This document shows positions 18,319 to 28,043 of a DNA stretch of 64,000 nt, piece by piece. A program made the translations under genes and the position numbers. How positions within the stretch are numbered: position 1 is the stretch's first letter; the number at the start of each line of letters is the position of its first letter. Source of the DNA: an uncultured Candidatus Rokubacteria bacterium (GTDB lineage Bacteria; Methylomirabilota; Methylomirabilia; Rokubacteriales; DASRDR01); contig CAWGVS010000006.1 in the NCBI GenBank assembly GCA_963826115.1, positions 192,001 through 256,000 of the forward strand, given 5' to 3'. Under the pieces are notes generated by a model. It worked only from the letters and a program-made list of their open reading frames with translations, was not told the origin of the DNA and ran no database searches.

Positions 18319-19620
18319 GTGAACCCGCCGGACCCGACGGTGGACGCGCGGTCCCCGTTCGCGCTCGCCGTCGGCACGCTCATCGATGGGCGGGGAGGCC
18401 CGCCGGCCGCCGACGTGATCGTCCGCGTCCAGGCGGGACGGATCGTCGCGATCGGGCCGGCCGCCGCGCCCGGCGCGCTCGCCGAGCCCGTGCTCGACTT
18501 CCGCCGACAGGTCCTGATGCCGGGGCTCGTCGACGTCCACGCCCATCCCACGCTGCCCTCGGACCGGCGCAGCCTGGAGGCGAGCCTCGTCGATCCCGAC
18601 GAGCTACTCACGCTGACCGCGATGCGCCAGCTCACCCGTCACCTCCGGGCGGGGGTGACGACCGTTCGCGATTGCGCGTCCCGCGGGCGGACCATGTTCT
18701 GGGTCCGGGAGGCCATCCGGCGCGACTACTTTCCCGGCCCGCGGCTGCAGGTGGCGGGGCGCGCCATCACGCACAGCCGCGGGCACCTCCACTGGTGCGG
18801 GAGCGTCGCGGACACCCCCGACGAGATCCGTCGCGAGGTCCGGATCCTGGTGGCCGAGGGCGCCGACGTCATCAAGGTCGTCGCCTCGGGCGGCGGCACG
18901 CAGGGCGGGATCCCGTATCTGGCCTCCTACACCGTCGACGAGCTTCGGACGGCGGTGGACGCGGCCCACGCGCTGGAGCGGCGCACGGTGGCCCACGCGC
19001 GCTCGACCCAGTCCATCGAGAACTGCGTGCGCGCCGGGGTCGACGCCATCGCCCACGTGGAGTTCCTCGCGCCGGGCGAGGTCGTCGACATGGGCGGAGC
19101 GGGCGCGCCGACCGGCCTGCCCCGGCTGGATCCGCGCGTGGCCGAGGCGCTGGCCGCCTCTCCCGCCTTCCTGGACCTCAACCCGCAGTCGAGCGGCTGG
19201 GACACCGTCCTGCTGCTCCGCCAGCGGGCCCGGCAGGCCGGGCTGAGCGCGAGCGAGCGGACGCAGCTCGCGAACCTGGAGCGCTACTTCGACCACTTCC
19301 TCCCGGTCATCGGCGCGCTCCGCGACCTGGGCCTGGTGGACCGCATGGCCTTCGGGAGCGACGCCGGCCCGTTCGACACCGAGTTCGGTCACCTCGAGTA
19401 CAACGTCGACCTGGCGAGACAGGCCGGCCTCTCGCCGATGGAGTCCCTCCAGGTCGTGACCCGGAACGCGGCGCGCCTCCTGGGGCTGGACGCCGACGTG
19501 GGCACCGTGGAGGTCGGCAAGGCCGCGGACCTCCTCCTGCTCGACGCCGACCCGCTCGCGGACGTCGCGAACCTCGAGCGAGTGGCGGCGGTCTTCCGGG
19601 ACGGCGCGCGCGTGCGCTGA
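18319..19620 (+). CDS. Metal-dependent amidohydrolase family protein
   Basis: MPGLVDVHAH, GVTTVRD, GADVIKVVASGG, VAHA, FGSDAG, GKAADLLLLDADPL; GTG 6 nt after TATAAT. Confidence 0.9.
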   Translation: MNPPDPTVDARSPFALAVGTLIDGRGGPPAADVIVRVQAGRIVAIGPAAAPGALAEPVLDFRRQVLMPGLVDVHAHPTLPSDRRSLEASLVDPDELLTLTAMRQLTRHLRAGVTTVRDCASRGRTMFWVREAIRRDYFPGPRLQVAGRAITHSRGHLHWCGSVADTPDEIRREVRILVAEGADVIKVVASGGGTQGGIPYLASYTVDELRTAVDAAHALERRTVAHARSTQSIENCVRAGVDAIAHVEFLAPGEVVDMGGAGAPTGLPRLDPRVAEALAASPAFLDLNPQSSGWDTVLLLRQRARQAGLSASERTQLANLERYFDHFLPVIGALRDLGLVDRMAFGSDAGPFDTEFGHLEYNVDLARQAGLSPMESLQVVTRNAARLLGLDADVGTVEVGKAADLLLLDADPLADVANLERVAAVFRDGARVR

Positions 19621-19660
19621 GAGCTGCCGAGCCTCGCCGGGCTCCGGGCGGCTCTGACCG

Positions 19661-20887
19661 TCAGGTGCCTCCGAGCGCGGGGGCGCGGCGCACCCAGCGG
19701 CCGTCCTTCAGGATTCCCGGAATCCGGTCACGATCCTCCAGGATCCGGATGCTCGCCAGGGGATCGCCGTCGACGACGAGGAGATCGGCGGCCTTGCCGA
19801 CCTCGACGGTGCCCGTGACGTCCAGCAGATCGAGGAGCTCCGCCGCGTTCCGGGTCGCGGCGACGATGGTGTCGGCCGGGGACAGGCCACCCTCGACCAT
19901 CAAGGCCAGCTCCTGGGCGTTCGCGCCGTGTCGATTGAAGGGCGTCCCGGCGTCGGTGCCCATCGCGATGCGCACGCCGGCTCGGACGGCCTTGCGGAAG
20001 CTCTCCCGGTGGATCTCCAGGACGCCCGAGGCCTTCGTGACCACGTACGCGGGGATGCCCGCGCTCGTGCCGTGCCGGGCGATCATGGCGGGAGCGACCA
20101 GCGTCGGCACCAGGAACGTGCCCCGCCGGCGCATTTCTTCGATCACGGCGTCGTCGAGGTAGACTCCGTGCTCCACCGAGTCGACGCCGGCCAGCACGGC
20201 GTTCTTGATTCCGGCGTTGCCCTGAGCGTGGGCGATCGCCCGCCGAAAGGCCTTGTGGGCCTCGTCGACGCCCGCCGCCAGCTCCGCCTCGGTGAAGGAG
20301 GACGCGCGCGGGTCGACGCCGGGCGTCATCCCGCCGCCGGTGGCCGTGAACTTGATGCAGTCCGCGCCGGCCTTCAGCTGCTCGCGCACGGCGCGCCGCA
20401 CGTCGTCGGGCCCGTCGGCCTCGCGGCCGATGAACCACCCATGCCCGCCCGTCATGCAGATGATCGCCCCGGCGGCGCGCATCCGCGGCCCGGGCACGCG
20501 ACCCGCCGCGATCGCCTCGCGGAGGCGGATGGCCACGCCCGCCCGCGCGCCCACGTCCCGGACGGTGGTGACGCCGGCCTCGACGGTCGCGCGGGCGTTT
20601 GCCGCAGCGGTCCAGGCGAGGTCCGGCACCGGCACCGTGGCAGCCTGCTCCACGTCCTTCGGGTCGCCCGCGAAGGTCAGGTGGACGTGGCAGTCGATCA
20701 GCCCGGGCATGAGCGTGCGGCCCTGGAGATCGAGCACCTCGGCCTCGCCGCCGGGGTGCGAGCCGCCCACGGCCGCGATCTTGCCGCCCTCCAGCACCAC
20801 GTCGACGCTCGCGCGCGGTGGCGCGCCGGTGCCGTCGAGAAGGCGCGCGTTCCGGAGGACCGTCCGGGGAGGCGAGTCAAGGACCAC
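19661..20887 (-). CDS. Amidohydrolase family protein (Xaa-Pro dipeptidase-like subgroup)
   Basis: PGLIDCHVH, CMTGGHG, GADCIKFTATGG, AHAQG, SVEHG, MGTDAG. Confidence 0.92.
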   Translation of the reverse strand: MVLDSPPRTVLRNARLLDGTGAPPRASVDVVLEGGKIAAVGGSHPGGEAEVLDLQGRTLMPGLIDCHVHLTFAGDPKDVEQAATVPVPDLAWTAAANARATVEAGVTTVRDVGARAGVAIRLREAIAAGRVPGPRMRAAGAIICMTGGHGWFIGREADGPDDVRRAVREQLKAGADCIKFTATGGGMTPGVDPRASSFTEAELAAGVDEAHKAFRRAIAHAQGNAGIKNAVLAGVDSVEHGVYLDDAVIEEMRRRGTFLVPTLVAPAMIARHGTSAGIPAYVVTKASGVLEIHRESFRKAVRAGVRIAMGTDAGTPFNRHGANAQELALMVEGGLSPADTIVAATRNAAELLDLLDVTGTVEVGKAADLLVVDGDPLASIRILEDRDRIPGILKDGRWVRRAPALGGT

Positions 20888-20898
20888 GGTCTCTCGGA

Positions 20899-21954
20899 TC
20901 AGCCGGGCTGGTGGCCCGGATCCAGACCGCGCAGGAAGTCGCGCACGAGACGGAGCCGCGGCACGGCCACGCCCGACCGCTCGCCCCGCTCGACCAGGTC
21001 CGCGAAGACGTCGTCCACCTCGATCGCGCGGCCCGCCCGGAGGTCCTGGGTCATCGACGCGAAGCTCTCGACGCCGCCGGTTGCCGCGGGCGCGAGGAAC
21101 GCCTTCTGGCCGAGCGCGGCGACCGTCTCCTCGTCCGGCCGCGTCACGTAGGTCCGGATCGGGAAGTTCGTGTAGTCGCCGACCGGCACGCCGTGGGCGG
21201 CGGCGATGGCGGCGGTTTCCCGGACAAGCCCGAGGTAGGCGCGGATCAGGTGCGGGTCCCGGAAGAGCCGGGGCGTGCTGATGCGCAGCACCGACGTGAC
21301 GCCGAACACCCCCGCCGCGTTGCAGGCCTTCGACCACAGGACGGTCCGGATGTCCGGCGGCGCCTCGACCGGGATGCCGGCCGCCCGGAGCCGCTCCATG
21401 GCGTCCGCGACGCGCGCGGTCGGCGCGGCCGGTCCCGTCCCGATCTCGCCGAGGAAGGTGCAGCCGAGGCTCGCGACCGCGATCTCCCCCTCGGACCGCC
21501 GCTCGCCGCCCAGGATGGTCACCGCGCCCACGACCCGCTCGGCGCCGAAGATCTCCGCCAGGACGTCGTCCTTCGCCATGCCGTTCTGGAAGCCGCCGAC
21601 CCAGGCGTCCGCGTCGCCCGGCGCGGGCCACTTCGACTTCACGTGCGCGGCGGCCTCGCGGAGGTGGTGCCCCTTCGCCGCGAACAGGACCGCGCCGCCC
21701 CGGGGGAGGTCCGCGGGATCGCCCGTCAGGCCGACGACGCCCGCCGGCGCCGGCGCAGGCCCCAGGGGGACGTCGAGCGTCACCACCCCGCGGAGCCGGA
21801 TCGTCTGGGCGTTCCGGAGTCGGTCGAGCGTGCCGGGCGTCGCGAGCAGCGTGACCGGCTGGCCGCTCCGGGCGAGCAGCGCGGCGAACGCCTGGCCGAG
21901 CGACCCGGCGCCGACGAGGGCCAGCGCGCCGACGGCTGGCGCGCTACTCGGCAC
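20899..21954 (-). CDS. Ketopantoate reductase (PanE/ApbA) family protein
   Basis: VGAGSLG, FQNG, LWSKACN, SMTQDLRAGRAIEVD. Confidence 0.85.
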   Translation of the reverse strand: MPSSAPAVGALALVGAGSLGQAFAALLARSGQPVTLLATPGTLDRLRNAQTIRLRGVVTLDVPLGPAPAPAGVVGLTGDPADLPRGGAVLFAAKGHHLREAAAHVKSKWPAPGDADAWVGGFQNGMAKDDVLAEIFGAERVVGAVTILGGERRSEGEIAVASLGCTFLGEIGTGPAAPTARVADAMERLRAAGIPVEAPPDIRTVLWSKACNAAGVFGVTSVLRISTPRLFRDPHLIRAYLGLVRETAAIAAAHGVPVGDYTNFPIRTYVTRPDEETVAALGQKAFLAPAATGGVESFASMTQDLRAGRAIEVDDVFADLVERGERSGVAVPRLRLVRDFLRGLDPGHQPG

Positions 21955-22921
21955 GGAGGTCGCGAATCGCGCGGACGACGGCGTCCACGTCCGGCACCAT
22001 GGCCTTCTCGAGCGGCGGGCTGTAGGGCGTGGGCGCGTGGAGCCCGTTCAGTCGCCGGATCGGTGCGTCGAGGTCGTCGAACCCCCGGTCCGCGACCTGG
22101 GCGGCGATCTCGGCGCCAATCCCGCACGGGCCGAAGGACTCGTCGGCGACGAGGAGCCGGCCGGTCTTGTGGACGGACTCGAGGATGGCGTCGAGGTCGA
22201 GCGGCGCCAGCGTGCGCGGGTCGATGACCTCGACGGAGACTCCCTCGCGGGCCAGAATCTCGGCGGCAGCGAGGGCGCGCGGCACCATGACCGCGATGCC
22301 GACCACCGTCACGTCGGAGCCCGTGCGGGGGACCGCGGCGCGGCCGAACGGCACCAGGTGCTCGCCGTCCGGCACCGGGCCCCGCGTCTGGAGGAGCGAG
22401 CGGTGCTCCATGAACACGACCGGATCGTCGGACCGGATCGCGGTCTTCAAGAGCCCCTTGGCGTCGGCCGGCGTCGTCGGGACGGCGACGCGGAAGCCCG
22501 GGATGTTCGTGAATATCGGGTAGTAGCTGCCGGAGTGGTGCGTGGCCGCCGCGTGGCCGATCCCCACGCATCCCCGGAGGACGATGGGCATCCGCAGCCG
22601 GCCGTCGGACATGTACTGGATCTTCGACGTCTGGTTCAGGAGCTCGCCCAGCGCGTCCAGCGCGAAGTCGAAGAACATGTAGTCGACGACGGGCCGCGTG
22701 CCCGTCATGGCCGCGCCGGTGCAGAGGCCCGTGAAGCCGCGCTCGGTGATGGGCGTGTCCCGGAGCCGCTCGGCGCCGTGGCGCTCGAACAGCCCCACCG
22801 TCGTGTTGAAGTTGCCGCCGCGCGCGCCGATGCCCTCGCCGACGACGAAGACGCTGGGATCGCGGGCCATCTCCTCGCTGAGCCCTTCGCGGGCCGCGTC
22901 GGTGAACGTCAGCTCGCGCAT
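21944..22921 (-). CDS. 2-oxoacid/acetoin dehydrogenase E1 beta subunit
   Basis: RLRDTPITE, NQTSK, ATHHS, DAKGLLK, DDPVVFMEH, EVIDPRTLAPLD. Confidence 0.93.
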   Translation of the reverse strand: MRELTFTDAAREGLSEEMARDPSVFVVGEGIGARGGNFNTTVGLFERHGAERLRDTPITERGFTGLCTGAAMTGTRPVVDYMFFDFALDALGELLNQTSKIQYMSDGRLRMPIVLRGCVGIGHAAATHHSGSYYPIFTNIPGFRVAVPTTPADAKGLLKTAIRSDDPVVFMEHRSLLQTRGPVPDGEHLVPFGRAAVPRTGSDVTVVGIAVMVPRALAAAEILAREGVSVEVIDPRTLAPLDLDAILESVHKTGRLLVADESFGPCGIGAEIAAQVADRGFDDLDAPIRRLNGLHAPTPYSPPLEKAMVPDVDAVVRAIRDLRAE

Positions 22922-23925
22922 CACCGCACCTCCCCGGGCTCGGCGTAGACGTGCCGCGGCGCGGTCGCCGGATCCGGCCACGGGCTCGCCTCGGCGAACT
23001 GGGCGGCCTCGGCCACCAGGGCGGAGACCTCCTGGTCGATGCGGTCGAGGTCCGTCGCCACGACCTCGCCCGAGCCGAGGAGCCGCTCCCGCCAGCGCGC
23101 GATGGGACACCGCGCCTTCCACGCGTCGACCTCTTCGCGGCTGCGATAGCCGGCGTCGCGCATGCCCTCCGAGTGGGCGCGCGTCCGGTAGGTGAGGCAC
23201 TCGAGGAGGGTCGGCCCCTCGCCGCGCCGCGCTCGCCGCACCGCCACGCCGGCCGCCTCGTGGACGGCGCGGACGTCGTTCCCGTCGACGCGGACGCTCG
23301 GCAGGCCGTACGCCGCCCCCCGCGCCGCGACGTCCGGATTGCCCGCCACGGCCTCGAAGGGTACCTCGGTCGCGTAGAGGTTGTTCTCGCAGACGAACAG
23401 CACCGGGAGGCGCCAGATCGCCGCCAGGTTCAGCCCCTCGTGGAATGCCCCGTTGTTCGTCGCCCCGTCCCCGAAGAACGCGACGCTGACGCGGTCCTGC
23501 CCGAGGAGACGGTAGCTGTACCCGGCGCCCGCCGCCATCACGATGCTGGGCCCGACGATGCCGCTCGTCCCCAGGAGGCCGACCTCCGGCGCGAAGAGGT
23601 GCATGCTGCCGCCCCGGCCCCGGGAGCATCCCGTGACGCGCCCGAAGAGCTCGGCCATGAGCGCGCGCGGGGACACCCCCTTGGCGAGCGCGTGCCCGTG
23701 GCCCCGGTGGGTGCTCAGGACCGTGTCCTCGGGGCGCAGGTGGGCGCACACGCCGGCGGCGACCGCCTCCTCGCCGACGTAGGTGTGGCAGGCGCCGTGC
23801 ACCAGCCCCGCGGCGTGCGCCCGGGCGAGCGCCTCCTCCGTCCGCCGGATGAGGACCATCTCGCGATAGAGCGCGAGGCCTTGCTCCCGCGTCGGTCCCG
23901 GAATCCGCTCGCTCACCGTCGCCAT
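22921..23925 (-). CDS. 2-oxoacid/acetoin dehydrogenase E1 alpha subunit (TPP-dependent)
   Basis: STHRGHGH, GRGGSMH, FFGDGA...ENNLYA TPP motif, TYRTRAHS. Confidence 0.94.
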   Translation of the reverse strand: MATVSERIPGPTREQGLALYREMVLIRRTEEALARAHAAGLVHGACHTYVGEEAVAAGVCAHLRPEDTVLSTHRGHGHALAKGVSPRALMAELFGRVTGCSRGRGGSMHLFAPEVGLLGTSGIVGPSIVMAAGAGYSYRLLGQDRVSVAFFGDGATNNGAFHEGLNLAAIWRLPVLFVCENNLYATEVPFEAVAGNPDVAARGAAYGLPSVRVDGNDVRAVHEAAGVAVRRARRGEGPTLLECLTYRTRAHSEGMRDAGYRSREEVDAWKARCPIARWRERLLGSGEVVATDLDRIDQEVSALVAEAAQFAEASPWPDPATAPRHVYAEPGEVR

Positions 23926-23949
23926 CGTCGTCCTTTCACGCGCGCCTGG

Positions 23950-24789
23950 TCAGAGGTCGGTCGGCCAGACCTTGCTGCCGCCCGCGTTCAACGCGAGGTT
24001 GCCGCCGTCGACGGGCAGGCTGTGGCCGGTGATGAACGCGGCCGCGTCGGAGGCCAGGAAGAGGACGGCCTTCGCGACGTCCTCGGGCTCCCCGATCCGG
24101 TCGAGGGGAATGCCGCGCACGAAGCGCTCCTTCAGCGTCGTGGGATCGAGCCGCGGATCGGCCAGCATCCGGTCCATCGCCTTCGTCATCACCTGAGCCG
24201 GCTGGATCGCGTTCACCCGGATGCGGTGGGGCGCCCACTCGACGGCCAGCTCGCGCGTGAGCTGGATGATGCCGGCCTTCGTGACGCTGTAGACGAAGTT
24301 GCCCCGGCCGAGGGCCGAGCTGCCGGCGATCGAGCTGATGCTCACGATGCTCCCGCCGGCGCCGCGCGCGATCATGCGGCGGCCCGCCTCGCGCGTCGCG
24401 AGGAAGGTGCCGTCCAGGTTGACGCCGACCACCTTGCGCCAGTCCTCGAGGGACAGCGCCTCCGGGCGGGCGCGGTGGCCGACGCCGACGTTGTTCACCA
24501 GGATGTCGATCCGGCCGAACTCCCGGTCGACCGCGCCCATCATGGCGAGGACGTCGTCCGGCTCGCCAAGATCGGCACGGACGGCGGCCGCGCGGCGGCC
24601 GAGCGCCTGGACCTCCCGCGCCGTGCCGGCCGCGCCGTCGCCGTCGACGTCGCAGACGAGCACGTGGGCCCCGGCGTGGGCGAGGGCGAGCGCGACGGCG
24701 TGGCCGATGCCGCCGTTGGCCCCGCCCCCCGTGACGAGCGCCACGCGGTCGTCGAGTCCGAACCACTCGACAAGCTTCGAGCGGCTCAT
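23950..24789 (-). CDS. Short-chain dehydrogenase/reductase
   Basis: TGGGANGGIG, LVNNVG, YSVTK, IRVNAIQP, PVDGG. Confidence 0.92.
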   Translation of the reverse strand: MSRSKLVEWFGLDDRVALVTGGGANGGIGHAVALALAHAGAHVLVCDVDGDGAAGTAREVQALGRRAAAVRADLGEPDDVLAMMGAVDREFGRIDILVNNVGVGHRARPEALSLEDWRKVVGVNLDGTFLATREAGRRMIARGAGGSIVSISSIAGSSALGRGNFVYSVTKAGIIQLTRELAVEWAPHRIRVNAIQPAQVMTKAMDRMLADPRLDPTTLKERFVRGIPLDRIGEPEDVAKAVLFLASDAAAFITGHSLPVDGGNLALNAGGSKVWPTDL

Positions 24790-25961
24790 CCGTCCGCCCA
24801 AACGGCCGGCCGCTCGACCAGCTGCCGGACGCGCTGGAGGAAGCGAGCGGCCGGCGCGCCGTCGACGACCCGGTGGTCGAAGGTGAGGCTGAGCGCGACC
24901 ATCTGCCGCGCCGCGATCCGTCCGGCGGCCTCGTCGACCACCACGGCGCGGGCCGCGATCCGGCCGACGCCGAGGATCGCGCACTCCGGCAGGTTGATGA
25001 TCGGCGTGAAGGCGTCGACGTCGAAGGCGCCGAGATTCGAGACCGTGAACGTGCCGCCCCGGAGGGCGTCGGGCGAGAGGGTGCCCGCGCGCGCCTGGGC
25101 AATCAGCACCGCCGACTCCTCGGCCAGGGCCCGGAGCGGCTTGGTCGCCGCGTCGCGCAGAACGCAGGCCAGGAGCCCGCGCGGCGTGTCGACCGCCACG
25201 CCGACGTGGACGGCTGGATGGCGAACGATCCGGTCGCCCTCCAGCGACGCGTTGAGGGCCGGGTGCTCCGTGAGCGCGACGGCGGCGAGCTTCACGAAGC
25301 AGTCGGTGTATGACGGGGCGCGAGCGCCCGCGGCCTGGAGCGCGGCGCGGAGCCGGACCAGCTCGGTGGCGTCGGCGTCGGTGGTCAAGGTGACCGGCGC
25401 GGTCGCGCGCGCGCTCGCGCTCATCCGCTCGGCGATGAGCCGGCGCACCTGACTCGGCCGGTCGGCGACCCCCGCTGCCCGCACGTCCCGCTCGACGATG
25501 CGCCCCGTCCGGCCAGTCCCGCGGAGGCGCGTCCAGTCCACGCGGAGCTCGGCGGCGACCCGGCGGGCCCGAGGGCTCGCCGTCGGCCCGCCGCGCGCGG
25601 CCGGGGTGACCGCCGGGCGCGCGGGCGCCGCCTCCGCGCCGACGGCGGCGTCCACGCCGGCCGCCGGGACCGCGGCGTGGGCGGCCGCACGGGACCGCGG
25701 CCCGGGCAGCGTCTCGCCCGGCGCGAGGACGTAGCCGAGCACCGTGCCGACCGGAACCTTGGCGCCCGGGGCGGGGGAATCGACGGGGATGCGCAGCACG
25801 CCCGCGTCGAAGGACTCCACCTCCACCTGGGCTTTGTCGCTCTCGATGACGCAGACCACGTCCCCGCTCCGGATGGGGTCGCCGTCCTTCTTCAGCCACT
25901 CGACGAGGACACCTTCCTCGCTCGACCAGCCCAGGCGGGGCATGAGGATTTCGTGGGGCAT
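24786..25961 (-). CDS. Dihydrolipoamide acyltransferase (E2)
   Basis: Lipoyl ESDKA, E3-binding ASPRARRVA...GTGRTGRI, catalytic FDHRVVDG. Confidence 0.93.
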   Translation of the reverse strand: MPHEILMPRLGWSSEEGVLVEWLKKDGDPIRSGDVVCVIESDKAQVEVESFDAGVLRIPVDSPAPGAKVPVGTVLGYVLAPGETLPGPRSRAAAHAAVPAAGVDAAVGAEAAPARPAVTPAARGGPTASPRARRVAAELRVDWTRLRGTGRTGRIVERDVRAAGVADRPSQVRRLIAERMSASARATAPVTLTTDADATELVRLRAALQAAGARAPSYTDCFVKLAAVALTEHPALNASLEGDRIVRHPAVHVGVAVDTPRGLLACVLRDAATKPLRALAEESAVLIAQARAGTLSPDALRGGTFTVSNLGAFDVDAFTPIINLPECAILGVGRIAARAVVVDEAAGRIAARQMVALSLTFDHRVVDGAPAARFLQRVRQLVERPAVWADG

Positions 25962-26106
25962 CTCGGCGCTGGATCATATCACGCGACTCCGGCTCCTCCG
26001 GGGGGGCGGACCCCGCTTGCGGGCGTCGCGCCTCGGCGGGATGATGGATGCCGTCGACCGAGACGGCCGCACCGCCCCACCGTCCGCCGGGGCCCAGGAG
26101 CATCGC

Positions 26107-27963
26107 ATGAAACCCTTCGTGGTCAACCGCTACGGCCGCATCGTCTTCCCATCCAACTTCTTTCCCGAGCTCGACTTCTCGGTCTTCCAGTCGCTCGACC
26201 AGTTCGCGGCCGTCATCCGCCGCGACTTCGAGGAGAAGGCGCCCACGGAGACCGACATCGTGGCCCGGGTCGAGGGCCGAGGGTACGCGAGCCGGTACGA
26301 GCTGCTCCGCGACCTCGCCCTGAACCTCTTTTGGGTGAACCGCTACGCGATGACGATGTACCGGAAGCAGCCCACGCGCTGGCGCGACGTGCCGCGGTCC
26401 CGGGACGACGTCTTCCTGCCGGTGTTCCGCCAGTGGGACGGCGGGGAGCTGGTGACGGCGATCGAGGCGGGATACCGGGCGCTGCCCCCGACATGGGACG
26501 AGGGGACGGAGACGAAGGTCTTCACGACGCTCCTCGACATCTTCCGGCACAAGAAGGGCGCGGGCGCCGAGCTGCCGGCGCTCAAGCCGACGGTCGCGGA
26601 GATCCTCGCGAACCCGAAGAACCTGACCTACCACCTCCTGGCCTACCATCCGGATTACCCGCGCTACGGGCAGGACGACCTGATCGAATGCGCCCACCCG
26701 GTGCCGGAGCTGGAGGCGCTCCTCCGGCAGGCGATGGTGCTCCACAACCAGTACCCGTGGGATCGTGCCAAGACCCGGCTGATCGAGGTGGGCCAGCTCC
26801 AGGCGGACGACTTCGTGGTGGTCTTCCACCCGCGGAGCGACGAGGTCCTCCAGTTCATCCGCCGGGTGAAGATGCCGCGGCGGACCTGGCCGCGCCGGCC
26901 GCCGCCGGCCCCGACCCGGCCGCCGGTGGCGCCCATGCCGCCGATCGACGTCCGCGCGCGGTTCCGGGTCCTCCCGCGTCTCGAGTCGCTCGCCGTCTAC
27001 CGCGGCGAGCGCGCGTGCACGAACGACGACCTCATCCGGAACGCCGCGTGGTGCTGGTCGCCCATGACCGCGGACGAGATTCGCGAGAAGACGGGAATCG
27101 AGCAGCGGCTCTACTCCGAGCTCGATCTCGACCACATGGCCCTCCTGGCGGCCGAGCGGGCGCTCGCAAAGGCCGGCCGGCGGCCCGAGGAGATCGGCGC
27201 GGTCCTGTTCTGCTCCTGCACCAGCACGCGGATGATGCCGTCGCTCGCGACCTGGCTGTCGGGCCAGCTCGGCATGCTGCAGACCCACGCCTCGGTCGAC
27301 ATGGTGGCCGCCTGCGCGGGGCTCCCGTACGGGCTCGGCGAGGCCGTCCGGCTCCTCCAGGAGGTCGAGCGCCCGGTGCTGGTCGTGTGCGGCGAGAAGT
27401 TCTCCGACAAGATCGGCACGGTGCGGACGTCCCGGATGATCTTCGGAGACGGCGCGGCGGCGCTCGTCGTCGGGCCGGCCCCGGCGGGGGCGCCGCTCGA
27501 CGTCGAGGTCTTCCAGACCTACGCGAGCGGGCCCATGTCCGAGGTCGAGTCGATCGTCTGGCCGAATCCCGACTTCGACAACAACATCACGGTCTTCGGT
27601 CCCGAGGTGCGCTCACTCGTGAAGCGCTACCTGAATCAGATGATCGCCGAGCTGCGCGCGCTGCCGCACCCCGACGGCGGCGCCGGCTCCCTCCTCGACG
27701 CGATCGATCTGATCGTCCCCCACCAGGCGAACAAGACGATGGTCGTGGCCATCGCCGAGGCGGCCGGCATCGCGCCCGCCCGGCTCTACTTCGACATCGA
27801 TCGGGTCGGCAACACGTCCTCGGCGAGCATCCCCATCGCGCTCCACGACGCCGCCCGCGAGGGCGTCCTGGACCGCCCGATGCGCGTGTTCGCCCCGGGG
27901 TTCGGGGCCGGCGCAGTGGGCGGCTACGTCGTGCTGCGCGTGGATCCCGCGATCATGGCCTGA
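26107..27963 (+). CDS. 3-oxoacyl-ACP synthase III (FabH-like) with a long N-terminal extension
   Basis: C-H-N triad (VAACAG, PHQAN, VGNTSSAS), IFGDGAAA, GFGAG in the C-terminal half; AGGAG RBS before ATG 26107. Confidence 0.88.
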   Translation: MKPFVVNRYGRIVFPSNFFPELDFSVFQSLDQFAAVIRRDFEEKAPTETDIVARVEGRGYASRYELLRDLALNLFWVNRYAMTMYRKQPTRWRDVPRSRDDVFLPVFRQWDGGELVTAIEAGYRALPPTWDEGTETKVFTTLLDIFRHKKGAGAELPALKPTVAEILANPKNLTYHLLAYHPDYPRYGQDDLIECAHPVPELEALLRQAMVLHNQYPWDRAKTRLIEVGQLQADDFVVVFHPRSDEVLQFIRRVKMPRRTWPRRPPPAPTRPPVAPMPPIDVRARFRVLPRLESLAVYRGERACTNDDLIRNAAWCWSPMTADEIREKTGIEQRLYSELDLDHMALLAAERALAKAGRRPEEIGAVLFCSCTSTRMMPSLATWLSGQLGMLQTHASVDMVAACAGLPYGLGEAVRLLQEVERPVLVVCGEKFSDKIGTVRTSRMIFGDGAAALVVGPAPAGAPLDVEVFQTYASGPMSEVESIVWPNPDFDNNITVFGPEVRSLVKRYLNQMIAELRALPHPDGGAGSLLDAIDLIVPHQANKTMVVAIAEAAGIAPARLYFDIDRVGNTSSASIPIALHDAAREGVLDRPMRVFAPGFGAGAVGGYVVLRVDPAIMA

Positions 27964-27979
27964 GCGGACCGCTTCCCGG

Positions 27980-28009
27980 TTGTCAGTGAGCGCGCGGCGA
28001 GAGTAGGAT
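27980..28009 (+). promoter_or_regulatory. Putative sigma70 promoter TTGTCA-N18-TAGGAT for the small peptide gene
   Basis: Near-consensus boxes, followed by inverted repeat ATAGG-TCATG-CCTAT (28015-28029) and RBS AGGAGGGAG. Confidence 0.55.
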
Positions 28010-28043
28010 GAGGAATAGGTCATGCCTATCCAGGAGGGAGCCG

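Noticed and set aside
23950-27288. Apparent giant proteins or fusions (23950..27288, 4573..7434, 15387..17633, 50898..53882)
   Set aside because: Only the C-terminal part of each is a real gene; the extension is an off-frame or antisense reading of neighbouring genes
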